A DNA stretch of 64,000 bases from Octopus bimaculoides (lineage: Eukaryota), in the NCBI RefSeq assembly GCF_001194135.2, contig NC_068987.1, positions 72,581,768 through 72,645,767 of the forward strand. The letters are read 5' to 3'. Shown here piece after piece: positions 63,719 to 64,000 of this stretch. The notes beneath the pieces are model-generated. The model searched no databases and was not told where the DNA came from. It worked only from the letters and a program-made list of their open reading frames with translations. The number at the start of each line of letters is the position of its first letter. Within the stretch, counting starts at the first letter, position 1. The translations under genes were made by a program, and so were the position numbers.

Positions 63719-64000
63719 ATACTATATATAAAACAGAGATGTGTGTGTAATCGCTTATCACGTGAAAACGGCTTCACTATTTACTTCCATACTTGTGATG
63801 CAGGAATAATTTGACCTCTGATAAATCTTAGGTTCTTCATTTGATTTTTTTTATTAAGATAAATAATATTGCTTTATATTTAAGATTCACTTCTTTAAAA
63901 ATGTTCCTCAATGTCAACTTCCGGTAGCCATAGTTTTTTCTTCACTTTAACTTCAATCGTTACTGTTTGCACTAAAAGTTTACTCACATTTACTGATGTA

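Overview
AT-rich, microsatellite- and transposon-dense eukaryotic scaffold with seven N-gaps. The repeat landscape (tRNA-derived SINEs, (ATG)n-tailed retro-elements) is typical of an Octopus genome; that assignment is an inference. Two genes lie head-to-head. On the minus strand is a ~2-kb first coding exon (15729-13716) of an ATG4C/D-type cysteine protease with a ~650-aa low-complexity N-terminal extension; its downstream exons were not found in the window. On the plus strand are twelve frame-consistent coding exons (34084-59166, ~484 aa) of the checkpoint clamp loader RAD17; its 3' exons were not found. The rest is a degenerate U6 snRNA copy fused to a full-length SINE, mariner, hAT/Buster, piggyBac, Helentron-like and unclassified MITE elements, a Gypsy gag-protease relic, and RTE, CRE, R4 and L2/CR1 LINE fragments. 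The most interesting observations are the U6-SINE chimera with a candidate shared TSD, an optimal-Kozak uORF whose stop overlaps the ATG4 start (AUGA), the giant ATG4 extension (DSGYGS degron, DEVD caspase site replaced), a possible bidirectional ETS promoter, a 5'-5' inverted mariner, and a pri-miRNA-like hairpin. All coordinates come from manual reading; repeat boundaries are approximate.
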